Of a stretch of DNA of 64,000 nt, positions 1 through 8,719 are shown piece after piece. Position numbers and translations under genes: made by a program. The DNA comes from a virus. Position 1 is the first letter of the stretch, and the number at the start of each line of letters is the position of its first letter. The notes beneath the pieces were generated by a model. It saw only the letters and a list, made by a program, of their open reading frames with translations, was not told the origin of the DNA and searched no databases. The stretch lies in the IMG/VR virus record IMGVR_UViG_3300044844_000428; one strand, 5' to 3'.

Positions 1-547
1 TCCATTGAGCTTGAGTAACTCTTCTAGCATCGCTAGGAGTTCCGGTAGTGTCTGTTCTTATAACAAAACTTAAAGTACCGTCGCCAGCTTGTTCAAAATA
101 GATTCCATTTCTGTCGTCAAAATAACCAGTCCGTTTAACTACATTAGCAATAGGACTATAGAAGTTAATTGTTGACTTTATTAGTTGACTTTTACCTGGC
201 ATGTAGTTGTGATACTGTTTTGTCTGGTGTATAGCATAACTTGAACTATTTGATGTTGTCGTTAACCTTGCAGATGCTTGATTTGCATTATGAGTAATCG
301 TTCCACCATTAGATACAATATTCAGAAAGTTTTGATCTATACCATAAGTATGTTTATAATCACCTAAAGTAAATGCTTCAGATATTCTTAATCTACCAAA
401 AGCATCAGCCCCTCCCGTAGAAGGTGTCATCGATACTGGAAATCTATTGGTATCAGATACTACAGATCCATCATTATATACTTCAGTTGATATAGGATTT
501 CCAACATCATTTTTAATTTCTTGATTGTTTGTAAAAAGGTAACTCAC
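1..547 (-). CDS. Virion-associated hypothetical protein, runs off the window edge (starts MSYLFTNNQEIKNDVGNP...DAFGRLRISE...)
   Basis: Read manually: GTG start at 547 overlapping the TGA of the upstream ORF (GTGA), open to position 1; DAFGRLR and YMPGKSQL motifs recur in T4-like phage late proteins. Confidence 0.7.
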   Translation of the reverse strand, partial: MSYLFTNNQEIKNDVGNPISTEVYNDGSVVSDTNRFPVSMTPSTGGADAFGRLRISEAFTLGDYKHTYGIDQNFLNIVSNGGTITHNANQASARLTTTSNSSSYAIHQTKQYHNYMPGKSQLIKSTINFYSPIANVVKRTGYFDDRNGIYFEQAGDGTLSFVIRTDTTGTPSDARRVTQAQW

Positions 548-1284
548 ACTATTCTCCAGCCATTTCTATAAAGTAATTGAATTGCACCATTGTCTAATTG
601 AATAATGAAACCGGTTGGATCATTATCAACAGTTCCTAATACAGTTATTGGATTAACTGAAGCATTACCAGATTCATCTTTAATTATCAACATTCGACCA
701 GAACTTGGATTACTAGGTAAAGTAATAGTAGTTGGTCCGTTATAGGTAACACCAACATAATAATCATCAGATGAGATAGTATATGTATAAGTCGTTACAT
801 TATTAGTAGTATAAACTATATCATGTGGATTGACTTCAGCAAACTCAAATTTCTTTAAGGTTGCATTGTATCTCAGATATCTACCATCATAGATTGAACT
901 TCTTACAATGTCATCAAGATAACTAAGATTCACTTCACCACCACCAGGACCAGCAAGAGAAATCTTACCCATCCATTGCTCTATGAATTTTAACTTATCT
1001 CTAATTTGTCTAACGTCATTATCAACAGGACTAACTTCTGGTTGTTGATAAGATTGTTCGTTGAATAATTTAGTTAGTTCTGGTGTTAAAACAGATTCTG
1101 GTGATTCCTCCATAACAAGCTCTGGTTCAATATAAACTTCTTCAAGCGTATGAAACTTGAATGGATTTGATTCCTTTACCCGTTCTGATATTTCAATCAA
1201 TCTATTTTCTTTTTCAGATTGTTCTTGTATCTTTGCCAATTTGGCATCAGACATCAATTTTAGGAAATCACCAAATTCTGCCAT
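544..1284 (-). CDS. Hypothetical structural protein with C-terminal beta domain (TITLP...G..LIIKDE.G.A..NPITV)
   Basis: ORF track; motif typical of phage fibre-associated domains. Confidence 0.6.
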   Translation of the reverse strand: MAEFGDFLKLMSDAKLAKIQEQSEKENRLIEISERVKESNPFKFHTLEEVYIEPELVMEESPESVLTPELTKLFNEQSYQQPEVSPVDNDVRQIRDKLKFIEQWMGKISLAGPGGGEVNLSYLDDIVRSSIYDGRYLRYNATLKKFEFAEVNPHDIVYTTNNVTTYTYTISSDDYYVGVTYNGPTTITLPSNPSSGRMLIIKDESGNASVNPITVLGTVDNDPTGFIIQLDNGAIQLLYRNGWRIV

Positions 1285-1288
1285 TTGA

Positions 1289-1471
1289 TTACCCTTTGTT
1301 TAAATGTTTGAAGTATCCAATACGCTTTTCTTGCTTATTGATCCATTCTTCGGAAGGTTTCCCCTCACCTTTATAATAGGCAAGAGGTTTACCGGATTTC
1401 TTAGAAACAATTGCCCACTTGCCGTCTACTTGTTTCAATACTTCTTCAAGATATTCTTTGAAGGTAATCAT
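1289..1471 (-). CDS. Small basic putative internal head protein (capsid-targeting-sequence-like N-terminus MITFKEYLEE)
   Basis: ORF track; paralog of 1471..1656. Confidence 0.65.
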   Translation of the reverse strand: MITFKEYLEEVLKQVDGKWAIVSKKSGKPLAYYKGEGKPSEEWINKQEKRIGYFKHLNKG

Positions 1472-1656
1472 TACTTTTCAACCGTAATTGGTGGAACGTA
1501 TTCTTCTTTTTTATTCTGAGAAGTAAACCATCTGTCAGTATGCTTGTGTTGACCTTTATAATAGGCAAGAACCTTGCCGGTCTTCTTAGAAGTCATGGCA
1601 AGTTTCCCGTTGACAAGTTTCATTTCTTCAGTAATGAATTCTTTGAAGGTAATCAT
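1471..1656 (-). CDS. Small basic putative internal head protein (MITFKEFITEE)
   Basis: ORF track; shares SKKxGKxLAYYKG with 1289..1471. Confidence 0.65.
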   Translation of the reverse strand: MITFKEFITEEMKLVNGKLAMTSKKTGKVLAYYKGQHKHTDRWFTSQNKKEEYVPPITVEK

Positions 1657-2657
1657 TTGCTCAATTGGTCTTTAATTTTGTCAATGTGTTCTTTTTTCGC
1701 GTCAAGATATACTTTGCTTCCTCCTGCTCTTGCAAAAGTCCGAAGTTTTATCCCATTTGTAGCTTTAGTTCCTTTTGGAATAGATGAATTATGAGCATCA
1801 ACTGCAGCTTTTATTTTATCCATATGATCAGAGTCATTAACAGTTATGACATGACGGGTACCTGCAGTTTCTTCCGCGCTTGGGCCCGCATTATCAATTT
1901 TATTTTTTTCTCTTTGTTTTAATGATGTATCTAAATGATGTTGAGCAAGTTCTGCCTGTTTATTATGGAATTCAGCGTTTTTTTGCATACTTCCAGAATC
2001 TTTTAATTCAAATGAGCCGTGTTTTGCTTGATTTTTATGATAATTAATAGCTTTCTTAAAATGATCTTCCAAATCTTTTCTTACTGCACTATGCATACGG
2101 TCTTTCATCATGTCTTTATTTGCAAATTGAGGTTCTCCAACCATACTTTTTGGTTCTAATCCTTCACCAAGTTGTTCTAATGATTCTTTAAACTCTTTAA
2201 AGTTTTTGATTCCTTTCTTTTTACGAAGTAATGCAAAATCTTGAGCATCTACTTTACCGTTATCATTAGCATCCAATTTCTTATGATTAGGATGTGCAAA
2301 TTTTTCGTCCATTACATCTTCTTTTAAGTGCCCAGCACTGTGTGCTTGCTTATAAATTTTACGTGCGCTTTCATACCCTGTAATTTTATCTATAGGATAT
2401 TTCGAGTGATGTTTAGGATCTATCAATCCTTTTATTTCAGATTTTGCTTTACTAATAATTTCTGAAGATTGGACTTTAGGATCCCCATGCGAAACCATTT
2501 TAGAGTAAGCCATATCACTTCCTGCCTTTCTATCATCATTGCCCGAAGTGTTGTGTACTTTATCTTTATAACTTTTAAGAGTTGCTGTTGATAACTCATT
2601 CATAGTAATATAAGTTTCTTGGATTGATTGTAATGCTTCTAATTCTGATGTGTACAT
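1653..2657 (-). CDS. Putative internal head polyprotein (ELSxxTLxSY module, EF-hand-like LDANDNGKVDAQDF motif)
   Basis: ORF track; charged modules separated by L-x-E sites. Confidence 0.6.
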   Translation of the reverse strand: MYTSELEALQSIQETYITMNELSTATLKSYKDKVHNTSGNDDRKAGSDMAYSKMVSHGDPKVQSSEIISKAKSEIKGLIDPKHHSKYPIDKITGYESARKIYKQAHSAGHLKEDVMDEKFAHPNHKKLDANDNGKVDAQDFALLRKKKGIKNFKEFKESLEQLGEGLEPKSMVGEPQFANKDMMKDRMHSAVRKDLEDHFKKAINYHKNQAKHGSFELKDSGSMQKNAEFHNKQAELAQHHLDTSLKQREKNKIDNAGPSAEETAGTRHVITVNDSDHMDKIKAAVDAHNSSIPKGTKATNGIKLRTFARAGGSKVYLDAKKEHIDKIKDQLSK

Positions 2658-3104
2658 TTAGTTCTCCTTAATTAATTTATGGGTTTTTGCATTTTTGATT
2701 GATAATTTGTCCATAGCAACTAATATGTTATCAATTCCATGGTCACGCATCCAGGCATAACGATGTCTACCATTAATAAACATGACATTACCATTCTCAT
2801 CTACAGATACTTCACTAGCTTCAATACTTTTTGTTGGATGATTATCAATGACTACTCCAGGGGCAAGTTCCTGTTTTCCACCTATTACGAATAATTCAAA
2901 ATTTTTATATCTATCCTTAATTGAACCAATGCCGCCCTTTCCTATATAATATGTTGGGTTGTTTTTAAACGCCTCATCAAATTTAGCAGTGTTTATAGCA
3001 ACAAGTTTATCACCTTTGGCTCTGTCAGGAATAGTAATTGTAACAAGTTTACCATTTATCCTAACTTGGTTAGATTCATTGATATAAGTTTTAAAGGATA
3101 TCAT
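2658..3104 (-). CDS. ParB/sulfiredoxin-like domain protein with capsid-targeting-like N-terminus
   Basis: FINGRHRY motif; MISFKTYINE N-terminus. Confidence 0.6.
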   Translation of the reverse strand: MISFKTYINESNQVRINGKLVTITIPDRAKGDKLVAINTAKFDEAFKNNPTYYIGKGGIGSIKDRYKNFELFVIGGKQELAPGVVIDNHPTKSIEASEVSVDENGNVMFINGRHRYAWMRDHGIDNILVAMDKLSIKNAKTHKLIKEN

Positions 3105-3117
3105 TTTATAATAATTC

Positions 3118-3555
3118 CTATTTCAATATCGATTTAAGCATCCACTGGTGCTTTTTATGTGCCGTTAAACGGTCTGCTAAGAAATTAGCATAACCTTGTT
3201 CATTTACTTCCTGTGATACTTGAAATGCAGATTCCAACGATTCAATCATCAACACATTAGCTTCATATAGATTAACCAACATAGCATTTACATTGTCTGG
3301 TTTAACCATATCTTCATTAATTGTTTTGTATCTAGTCAATTCAGTCAAACTAATAGGAGCATAAGCATCAAAAGTTCTAATGAATTCAGCTAATGTATCT
3401 ATAGCACCATAAGTGGCAGCATAGAAATCACCAAAGAAATCATGGAATTGTGGAAAATAGAAAGATTCTACATTCCAATGATATGAAGCACTTTTAAAGT
3501 ATAGTACAAAGTTGTTAGCAAATACTATTCTTGAGGTTGCAATTAACTTATCCAT
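3118..3555 (-). CDS. dps: Dps/ferritin-like DNA protection protein
   Basis: YHWNVE, FPQFHDFF, DTLAE, H-K-H-x-W-M-L signature motifs. Confidence 0.93.
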   Translation of the reverse strand: MDKLIATSRIVFANNFVLYFKSASYHWNVESFYFPQFHDFFGDFYAATYGAIDTLAEFIRTFDAYAPISLTELTRYKTINEDMVKPDNVNAMLVNLYEANVLMIESLESAFQVSQEVNEQGYANFLADRLTAHKKHQWMLKSILK

Positions 3556-3557
3556 GT

Positions 3558-5252
3558 TTAGTCTCTGTTGATTGGATGAAGACGAGCATTTTCAATTTTT
3601 CTAATTTTAGGCACTAACTTCATTGCGGCTTTATCGATTAGTTTCTTTTTCTTAGCCACGATTCTTTCAATACGTTCTTTTTCTTGGACGGTCAATTGAC
3701 TCAAAGGTTTCCTTGCAAGTTTTGCTTTAAGTGCATTGATTGCGGCATTACGCGCTCGATGATTAATTCTTTGCGGACTAGAACGAGTATGCAAAGCAAT
3801 CTTCATCTTACGCATACGTTTACCTTGAGACTGTTTGAATCTTATAGCAGCTTTGATGCGTTCCATTCTTGATAATACTTCAGTAAGATATGATTCGTTC
3901 ATTCCATCTAGTTCTTTAACATGAGCAACATGGTTACCTTCATCGTCAACTACATGGAGTTCATCATCGTCATAGGTACTTAGAATATCTTCATCAGACA
4001 CTTTATCAACCATATCATCCAATTCGTCATCTGACATTTCAGAATCGTCTTCTTCAGAATCTTCATGTAATTTATATTTGATTTTCATTCTGCGTAAAGA
4101 GTCTTTATCTCCATTTGGTTCTATAGTACTTCCTACTCTACCATGGCCTTTACTTTCATCGTCAAAATCACTTTGAGTATTTTTTGAATCATCGGAATCT
4201 TGATCTTCTGGACCGCCATTATCATCTTCATCACCATCGTTTGGGTGAACTTGGTCTGGATTAGTAACTCTTTTTACTTTGGGTGAACTTACTAATTTGG
4301 ATGAATCTTCTTTTACTAATGCCGGCATAAGTTTCTTATCATACATGATTCCTGCTTCAGTGGCAGTATTCAGCATATTTTTAAGAATCTTTAATGAATC
4401 AGATTTTAATGGATTCTTTGAAAGTGTTTTGAGTGCCTTATTGATAAGTTCTTCTGGTGATGAAGAATCAGAATCAACACCAAGAGTACCAGCAACAATC
4501 TTGGCAATTTTTAGTTTGTCTGAACTTGAGTATGTCATTTCTTGTATTTTTCCTGCTGAATAAGAATCTTGGCTTCCATAATCGGATACTACTAATTCCA
4601 TTTTGTGATATGAATTCATTAAGTAATCTTCGTGATGAAGATAGACACCCAATCTTTTAAGAATATCCACGGCTACTTGTTGAGCTCTTTGGAATGTATG
4701 GAAATCGTCTATAGATAATGAACCCGATACGATGCTTTTTTGAATACCAAATGCTTGGTCAGTTGCCTTAATGGCATTAAGCAATGCTACGGGATCAATG
4801 TTCGGTGTTTGAGTTAATTTCGTGTATTCAAAGATTGCTTCTTTACTTATATCAAAATTCTTAGTAGTAAATCCTTTATATGTAACTTGGTTTGTTGTGA
4901 CATTACCAAAATCTTCTTTTAAAAGATTACTAGTTTCTTCATCAACCATCTTAACTTCTACAAGCCATTTGCGTTGTATATTACCATCAGAATCTGTAAC
5001 TGTAAGGTAATTGCTACCTCTACTAAGTATTTCCAAATATGTATCATTGGATTCAACTATATCTCCCACATTAAAGATTTCTCCGCGAAAGTATTGCTCA
5101 CGAATAGTATCTAATTCAGTGGTTTTTTCAAATTCGATATTTGGATTAGAATGCTTTGAATATGGAGAATTATCCAAAGACTCAATGAGATCAACCTTTT
5201 TAAAATCTATCTTATTAGTCTTTGGATTAAATAATGATTGGTATGTTTTCAT
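3558..5252 (-). CDS. Putative prohead core/internal protein with acidic tracts and a very basic C-terminal module
   Basis: ORF track; late promoter upstream; REQYFRGEIFNVGD SH3-like segment common in T4-like phages. Confidence 0.55.
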   Translation of the reverse strand: MKTYQSLFNPKTNKIDFKKVDLIESLDNSPYSKHSNPNIEFEKTTELDTIREQYFRGEIFNVGDIVESNDTYLEILSRGSNYLTVTDSDGNIQRKWLVEVKMVDEETSNLLKEDFGNVTTNQVTYKGFTTKNFDISKEAIFEYTKLTQTPNIDPVALLNAIKATDQAFGIQKSIVSGSLSIDDFHTFQRAQQVAVDILKRLGVYLHHEDYLMNSYHKMELVVSDYGSQDSYSAGKIQEMTYSSSDKLKIAKIVAGTLGVDSDSSSPEELINKALKTLSKNPLKSDSLKILKNMLNTATEAGIMYDKKLMPALVKEDSSKLVSSPKVKRVTNPDQVHPNDGDEDDNGGPEDQDSDDSKNTQSDFDDESKGHGRVGSTIEPNGDKDSLRRMKIKYKLHEDSEEDDSEMSDDELDDMVDKVSDEDILSTYDDDELHVVDDEGNHVAHVKELDGMNESYLTEVLSRMERIKAAIRFKQSQGKRMRKMKIALHTRSSPQRINHRARNAAINALKAKLARKPLSQLTVQEKERIERIVAKKKKLIDKAAMKLVPKIRKIENARLHPINRD

Positions 5253-5280
5253 TTGGGTTCCATCTATAACAGTAATAATC

Positions 5281-5288
5281 TATTTATA
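5281..5288 (-). promoter_or_regulatory. T4-type late promoter TATAAATA
   Basis: Exact consensus upstream of 3558..5252. Confidence 0.8.
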
Positions 5289-5310
5289 AATTTTTAGAAC
5301 CCAAATAATA

Positions 5311-5802
5311 TTAACAATTCCATTTTTTGAGGGCTAATGCTTTTCTAGTTGGATTTCCGTCTTTATCTTTCATAGGTCCATCAACTCCGCTCATGCGAGC
5401 ACAAAATGATTTTCTTCGTTTTGCGGCCTTACTTCCAGGTTTCAGTTTTGAAGGTGGAGTAGTAACAGCAGTTTGTAGATGACCACCAGTTTTTCTATTA
5501 TAGGCATCAACTCCTTTTTGAGTTAATCCGCCAGTAGAACTTTTATGACCTTTTGCGTCAATAGCATATTCTAGTAGTTCTTCATCAGTAAATTCTTCAA
5601 AGTTTTCCCAAAAGATTTCAGAATCGATTCCGTGTTCTAATGATAGTTCTTCAATTACTTCTTCAATTAAATCAAACTGTTCTTCTAGACTTTCGGGAAT
5701 ACAATTAGGGACCTTTTTTCCATTTTTCTTTTTCATTCCATATTGTTCATATCCTTTCCAACATGGGTCTTGTTCTGCAATAAAACTTTTATACGTTTTC
5801 AT
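5311..5802 (-). CDS. Conserved T4-like hypothetical/internal head protein (PCWKGY and RRKSFCARM...KWNC modules)
   Basis: MKTYKSFIAE N-terminus nearly identical to T4 internal-protein CTS MKTYQEFIAE. Confidence 0.7.
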   Translation of the reverse strand: MKTYKSFIAEQDPCWKGYEQYGMKKKNGKKVPNCIPESLEEQFDLIEEVIEELSLEHGIDSEIFWENFEEFTDEELLEYAIDAKGHKSSTGGLTQKGVDAYNRKTGGHLQTAVTTPPSKLKPGSKAAKRRKSFCARMSGVDGPMKDKDGNPTRKALALKKWNC

Positions 5803-5841
5803 TTGGATTCCATTTCGACAATAATAAATTATTTATCAATT

Positions 5842-7218
5842 TTAGAATACAAATCCTGAGGTATCTTTTTCTTGTTTGTTAGATCTTGCTACAAATGGAG
5901 TGTGATTAGAAATTCCAGTTTGAGCTTCTGATTCAACATCAAATATCCTCATTTTATTTCTGTCTATTCCTACCATGAATTTGCTGTAATAACTTGGATC
6001 ATTATAACGATTCTTTAATTGCTTAATCATTATTTGACCAAGATTTGTTAATTCTTCTGTAGAAATTAATGCTAGCATCAAATCGCATGTCTGAGGAAGA
6101 CCAATACTTTCAGAAGTATTGGTCAAATCCAAATCTGAACTATTGATACCTTCTCTATTAGATTGAGTAGCACTAACAAGTGGAACATTATACTCTACTG
6201 CCAATCCTCGTAATTCTTCAGCAATTGCTTTCACATAAGAATAACTGTTTACGCCTGCTCCATATTTCATTCGCTGTGAAGAACAAATGTTTAAGTAATC
6301 AACAAAGATTATATCTGGAGAGAAACTTTTCTTTGATTTTAATTCTTCAATCAATGCTCTAAAATGGCCGGTATGAGCAGTAGATGTCGGATATTCTTTA
6401 ATGATTAATGTGCCATGAGACTTCTGTTTAAGCTTATTAACACGAGAAGAGAAAATATTCTGTTCTATAGTCTTTAATTCTGACATTCCAAGATTTAGAA
6501 GATTAGCATCAATGCGTTCAGCAATTCTTTCTTCTGCCATTTCCATAGTAATGTATAACACATTCTTACTTTGCATTAGAGCTGCAGCAGCAAAATGGCA
6601 CATCACCAAAGATTTCCCAACACCAGTTCCCGCAAGTAATATATTGAGAGATTTTCTTGCTAGACCACCATTAGTAATTTTGTTTAGTATATCAATATCA
6701 AACGGAATCTTTTCTTCTACTCTTCTATAATATTCAAATCTAGAGTCAGAATCTTCGAAGAAATCATGGCCAACATTAGTATCAAAACAAATACTAAGAG
6801 CTTCTGATAATAAGGTTGGAATTGCTTCCTGAGTATATTTTTTATCTTTGCCATCAATGATTTGCATTGAAGAAATGATTGCATTGAATACTGCCCTGTT
6901 TTTGCAAAATTTCTCGGTTTCTTCAATAAGCCATTCGTCATTTGTTGGTTGATTCTCTAATGACTTAATTAAGTATTCAACTTCTACTAAAGTTTGGTCA
7001 TTGACATCCTGACGGTTTGATGCTTGAATTGACAGGATTTCCTGAGTTGGCATCTTATTGAACTGATCAACAAAAGACAGAATTTCTTCAGTTACAATAA
7101 TTTCAGGTCTTTCTTTAAAATATTCTCTTTTAATAAATGGAAGAACTTTTTGACTATATTCAGCGTTATGAATTAAATTAGATAAAATAGTAGTTTCTAT
7201 CTTACTCATCAATGCCAC
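5842..7218 (-). CDS. 41: Replicative DNA helicase gp41 (DnaB-like)
   Basis: AGTGVGKS Walker A, YITMEMAEERIAERIDAN, IFVDYLNI, SATQ, KQLKNRY. Confidence 0.97.
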   Translation of the reverse strand: MALMSKIETTILSNLIHNAEYSQKVLPFIKREYFKERPEIIVTEEILSFVDQFNKMPTQEILSIQASNRQDVNDQTLVEVEYLIKSLENQPTNDEWLIEETEKFCKNRAVFNAIISSMQIIDGKDKKYTQEAIPTLLSEALSICFDTNVGHDFFEDSDSRFEYYRRVEEKIPFDIDILNKITNGGLARKSLNILLAGTGVGKSLVMCHFAAAALMQSKNVLYITMEMAEERIAERIDANLLNLGMSELKTIEQNIFSSRVNKLKQKSHGTLIIKEYPTSTAHTGHFRALIEELKSKKSFSPDIIFVDYLNICSSQRMKYGAGVNSYSYVKAIAEELRGLAVEYNVPLVSATQSNREGINSSDLDLTNTSESIGLPQTCDLMLALISTEELTNLGQIMIKQLKNRYNDPSYYSKFMVGIDRNKMRIFDVESEAQTGISNHTPFVARSNKQEKDTSGFVF

Positions 7219-7492
7219 CTTTGAAAACAGTAGTTTTGTCTTTAAGAGATTCTTCTAAAATTTGTACTAATATATCACCCAAGCAATTTTTGAAATCTTC
7301 CTTATTATCATCAGAGATATATCCTTGATGAAGAGTATATTCGAAATTAAGGATTGGTTCATTAGGATCTGGAAATTCTACCTTTCCAAATGAAAATATA
7401 GAGCCTTTGAATTTATCTTCTAGAATTTCTAATGCAACAACTTCTGTTCCAGAAGCATCAAAGTAGTTATATGTTTCGAATTTAGTAGTCAT
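7202..7492 (-). CDS. Hypothetical protein in gp40 position
   Basis: ORF between uvsX and 41 with own early promoter. Confidence 0.6.
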   Translation of the reverse strand: MTTKFETYNYFDASGTEVVALEILEDKFKGSIFSFGKVEFPDPNEPILNFEYTLHQGYISDDNKEDFKNCLGDILVQILEESLKDKTTVFKGGIDE

Positions 7493-7509
7493 AATATTCT
7501 CAAAATGTT

Positions 7510-7556
7510 ATTATATCATAAAAATAGAGAGTGTACACACTAGCATACACTCTCAA
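7510..7556 (-). promoter_or_regulatory. Early-type promoter (GTGTAC-N17-TATAAT) overlapped by the uvsX terminator hairpin GAGAGTGTA/TACACTCTC
   Basis: Direct reading of sequence. Confidence 0.7.
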
Positions 7557-7561
7557 CACTG

Positions 7562-8659
7562 TTAAACTAATTCAGAAATTTCTTCCAAATCCTCTAATTC
7601 AACCTTTGATAATTCTGATTCAATTACTGAATCAGATAGCATTTCCGATTCAGTCAATTTATAAGATTCTTTTATCCATTGCTGGAAATCCTTTTTTGCT
7701 AATATAGGAAGCCAGAATTCTTTATTGATAGTATCTTTTAATCTATATCTTTTATCTTCAAGCTCACCAGTAATTTTATCTACTCTAGAATACCAACCAT
7801 TATTTGGCTTAATGACATGACCAGATTCTAATGCCATTTCTAATAATCCTGACCATTTAGAAACACCACCTTCAAATAGAACACTAATTGGAATTTTTGA
7901 TTTTTCTCTTACATATCTTGATTTTTCTACATTGATGATAAAGTTATAACCAATGACTTCTGTTCCTTCTTTTTCTTGTTGTCTTCCAAGAATAAAAATA
8001 TTATCAGCAGATAAGTAAACACCAGTTCCACCAGAAACTACAGGTTTGCTGTAAAGCTCCTGGGTCATATAGATGTGGTTAACTGCTACCATTGGAATGT
8101 CTAATCTATTAAGATATGGTGTAATCATTCTAAAAATTGATTTCATTTGTTTAGCTCTAGACATATCTTGTACTGATTTTCCATCAATAGCATCTTCCAT
8201 TTCTTTTTTGGAAGACATATTACCTAGAGAGTCAATGATAAAAATTACCCTATCTCCTCTATCAAGTCCTTCTAATTGTTTAATGACATCAAATTTGAAT
8301 TCTTCCATATTCATTACAGGAACATGAAGAATTCTATTTGTATCAATATTAAGAGAACTAAAATATGCAGTTGGAGTTCCAAATTCGCAATCATAAAAAA
8401 TCATAATTGCTTCAGGATATTTGTCCATGTAAGCTTTAGCCATGATTAATGAAAACATCGATTTGAAATGTTTACTTGGACCACACCATAATGTCAGACC
8501 AGGAACAAAACCTCCATCCAATTCTCCAGATAATGCAACATTTAATGCAGGAATCTGAGTTTGAATCATATCCTTTTTATTAAAATATTTTGATGCACTC
8601 AATACAGAAGAATCTTTAATGGTACAAGTCTTTTTAATTTTTGCTAATAATTCTGACAT
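7562..8659 (-). CDS. uvsX: RecA-like recombinase UvsX
   Basis: GPSKHFKS Walker A variant, FYDCEFG, IDSLGN, SGGTG. Confidence 0.97.
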   Translation of the reverse strand: MSELLAKIKKTCTIKDSSVLSASKYFNKKDMIQTQIPALNVALSGELDGGFVPGLTLWCGPSKHFKSMFSLIMAKAYMDKYPEAIMIFYDCEFGTPTAYFSSLNIDTNRILHVPVMNMEEFKFDVIKQLEGLDRGDRVIFIIDSLGNMSSKKEMEDAIDGKSVQDMSRAKQMKSIFRMITPYLNRLDIPMVAVNHIYMTQELYSKPVVSGGTGVYLSADNIFILGRQQEKEGTEVIGYNFIINVEKSRYVREKSKIPISVLFEGGVSKWSGLLEMALESGHVIKPNNGWYSRVDKITGELEDKRYRLKDTINKEFWLPILAKKDFQQWIKESYKLTESEMLSDSVIESELSKVELEDLEEISELV

Positions 8660-8688
8660 AATATTTCCTTTTTAAATAATAAAATAAT

Positions 8689-8717
8689 ATTATACACTAT
8701 ATCGATTATAATGTACA
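8689..8717 (-). promoter_or_regulatory. Early-type promoter TGTACA-N17-TATAAT for uvsX
   Basis: Same motif recurs before many replication genes. Confidence 0.75.
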
Positions 8718-8719
8718 CA

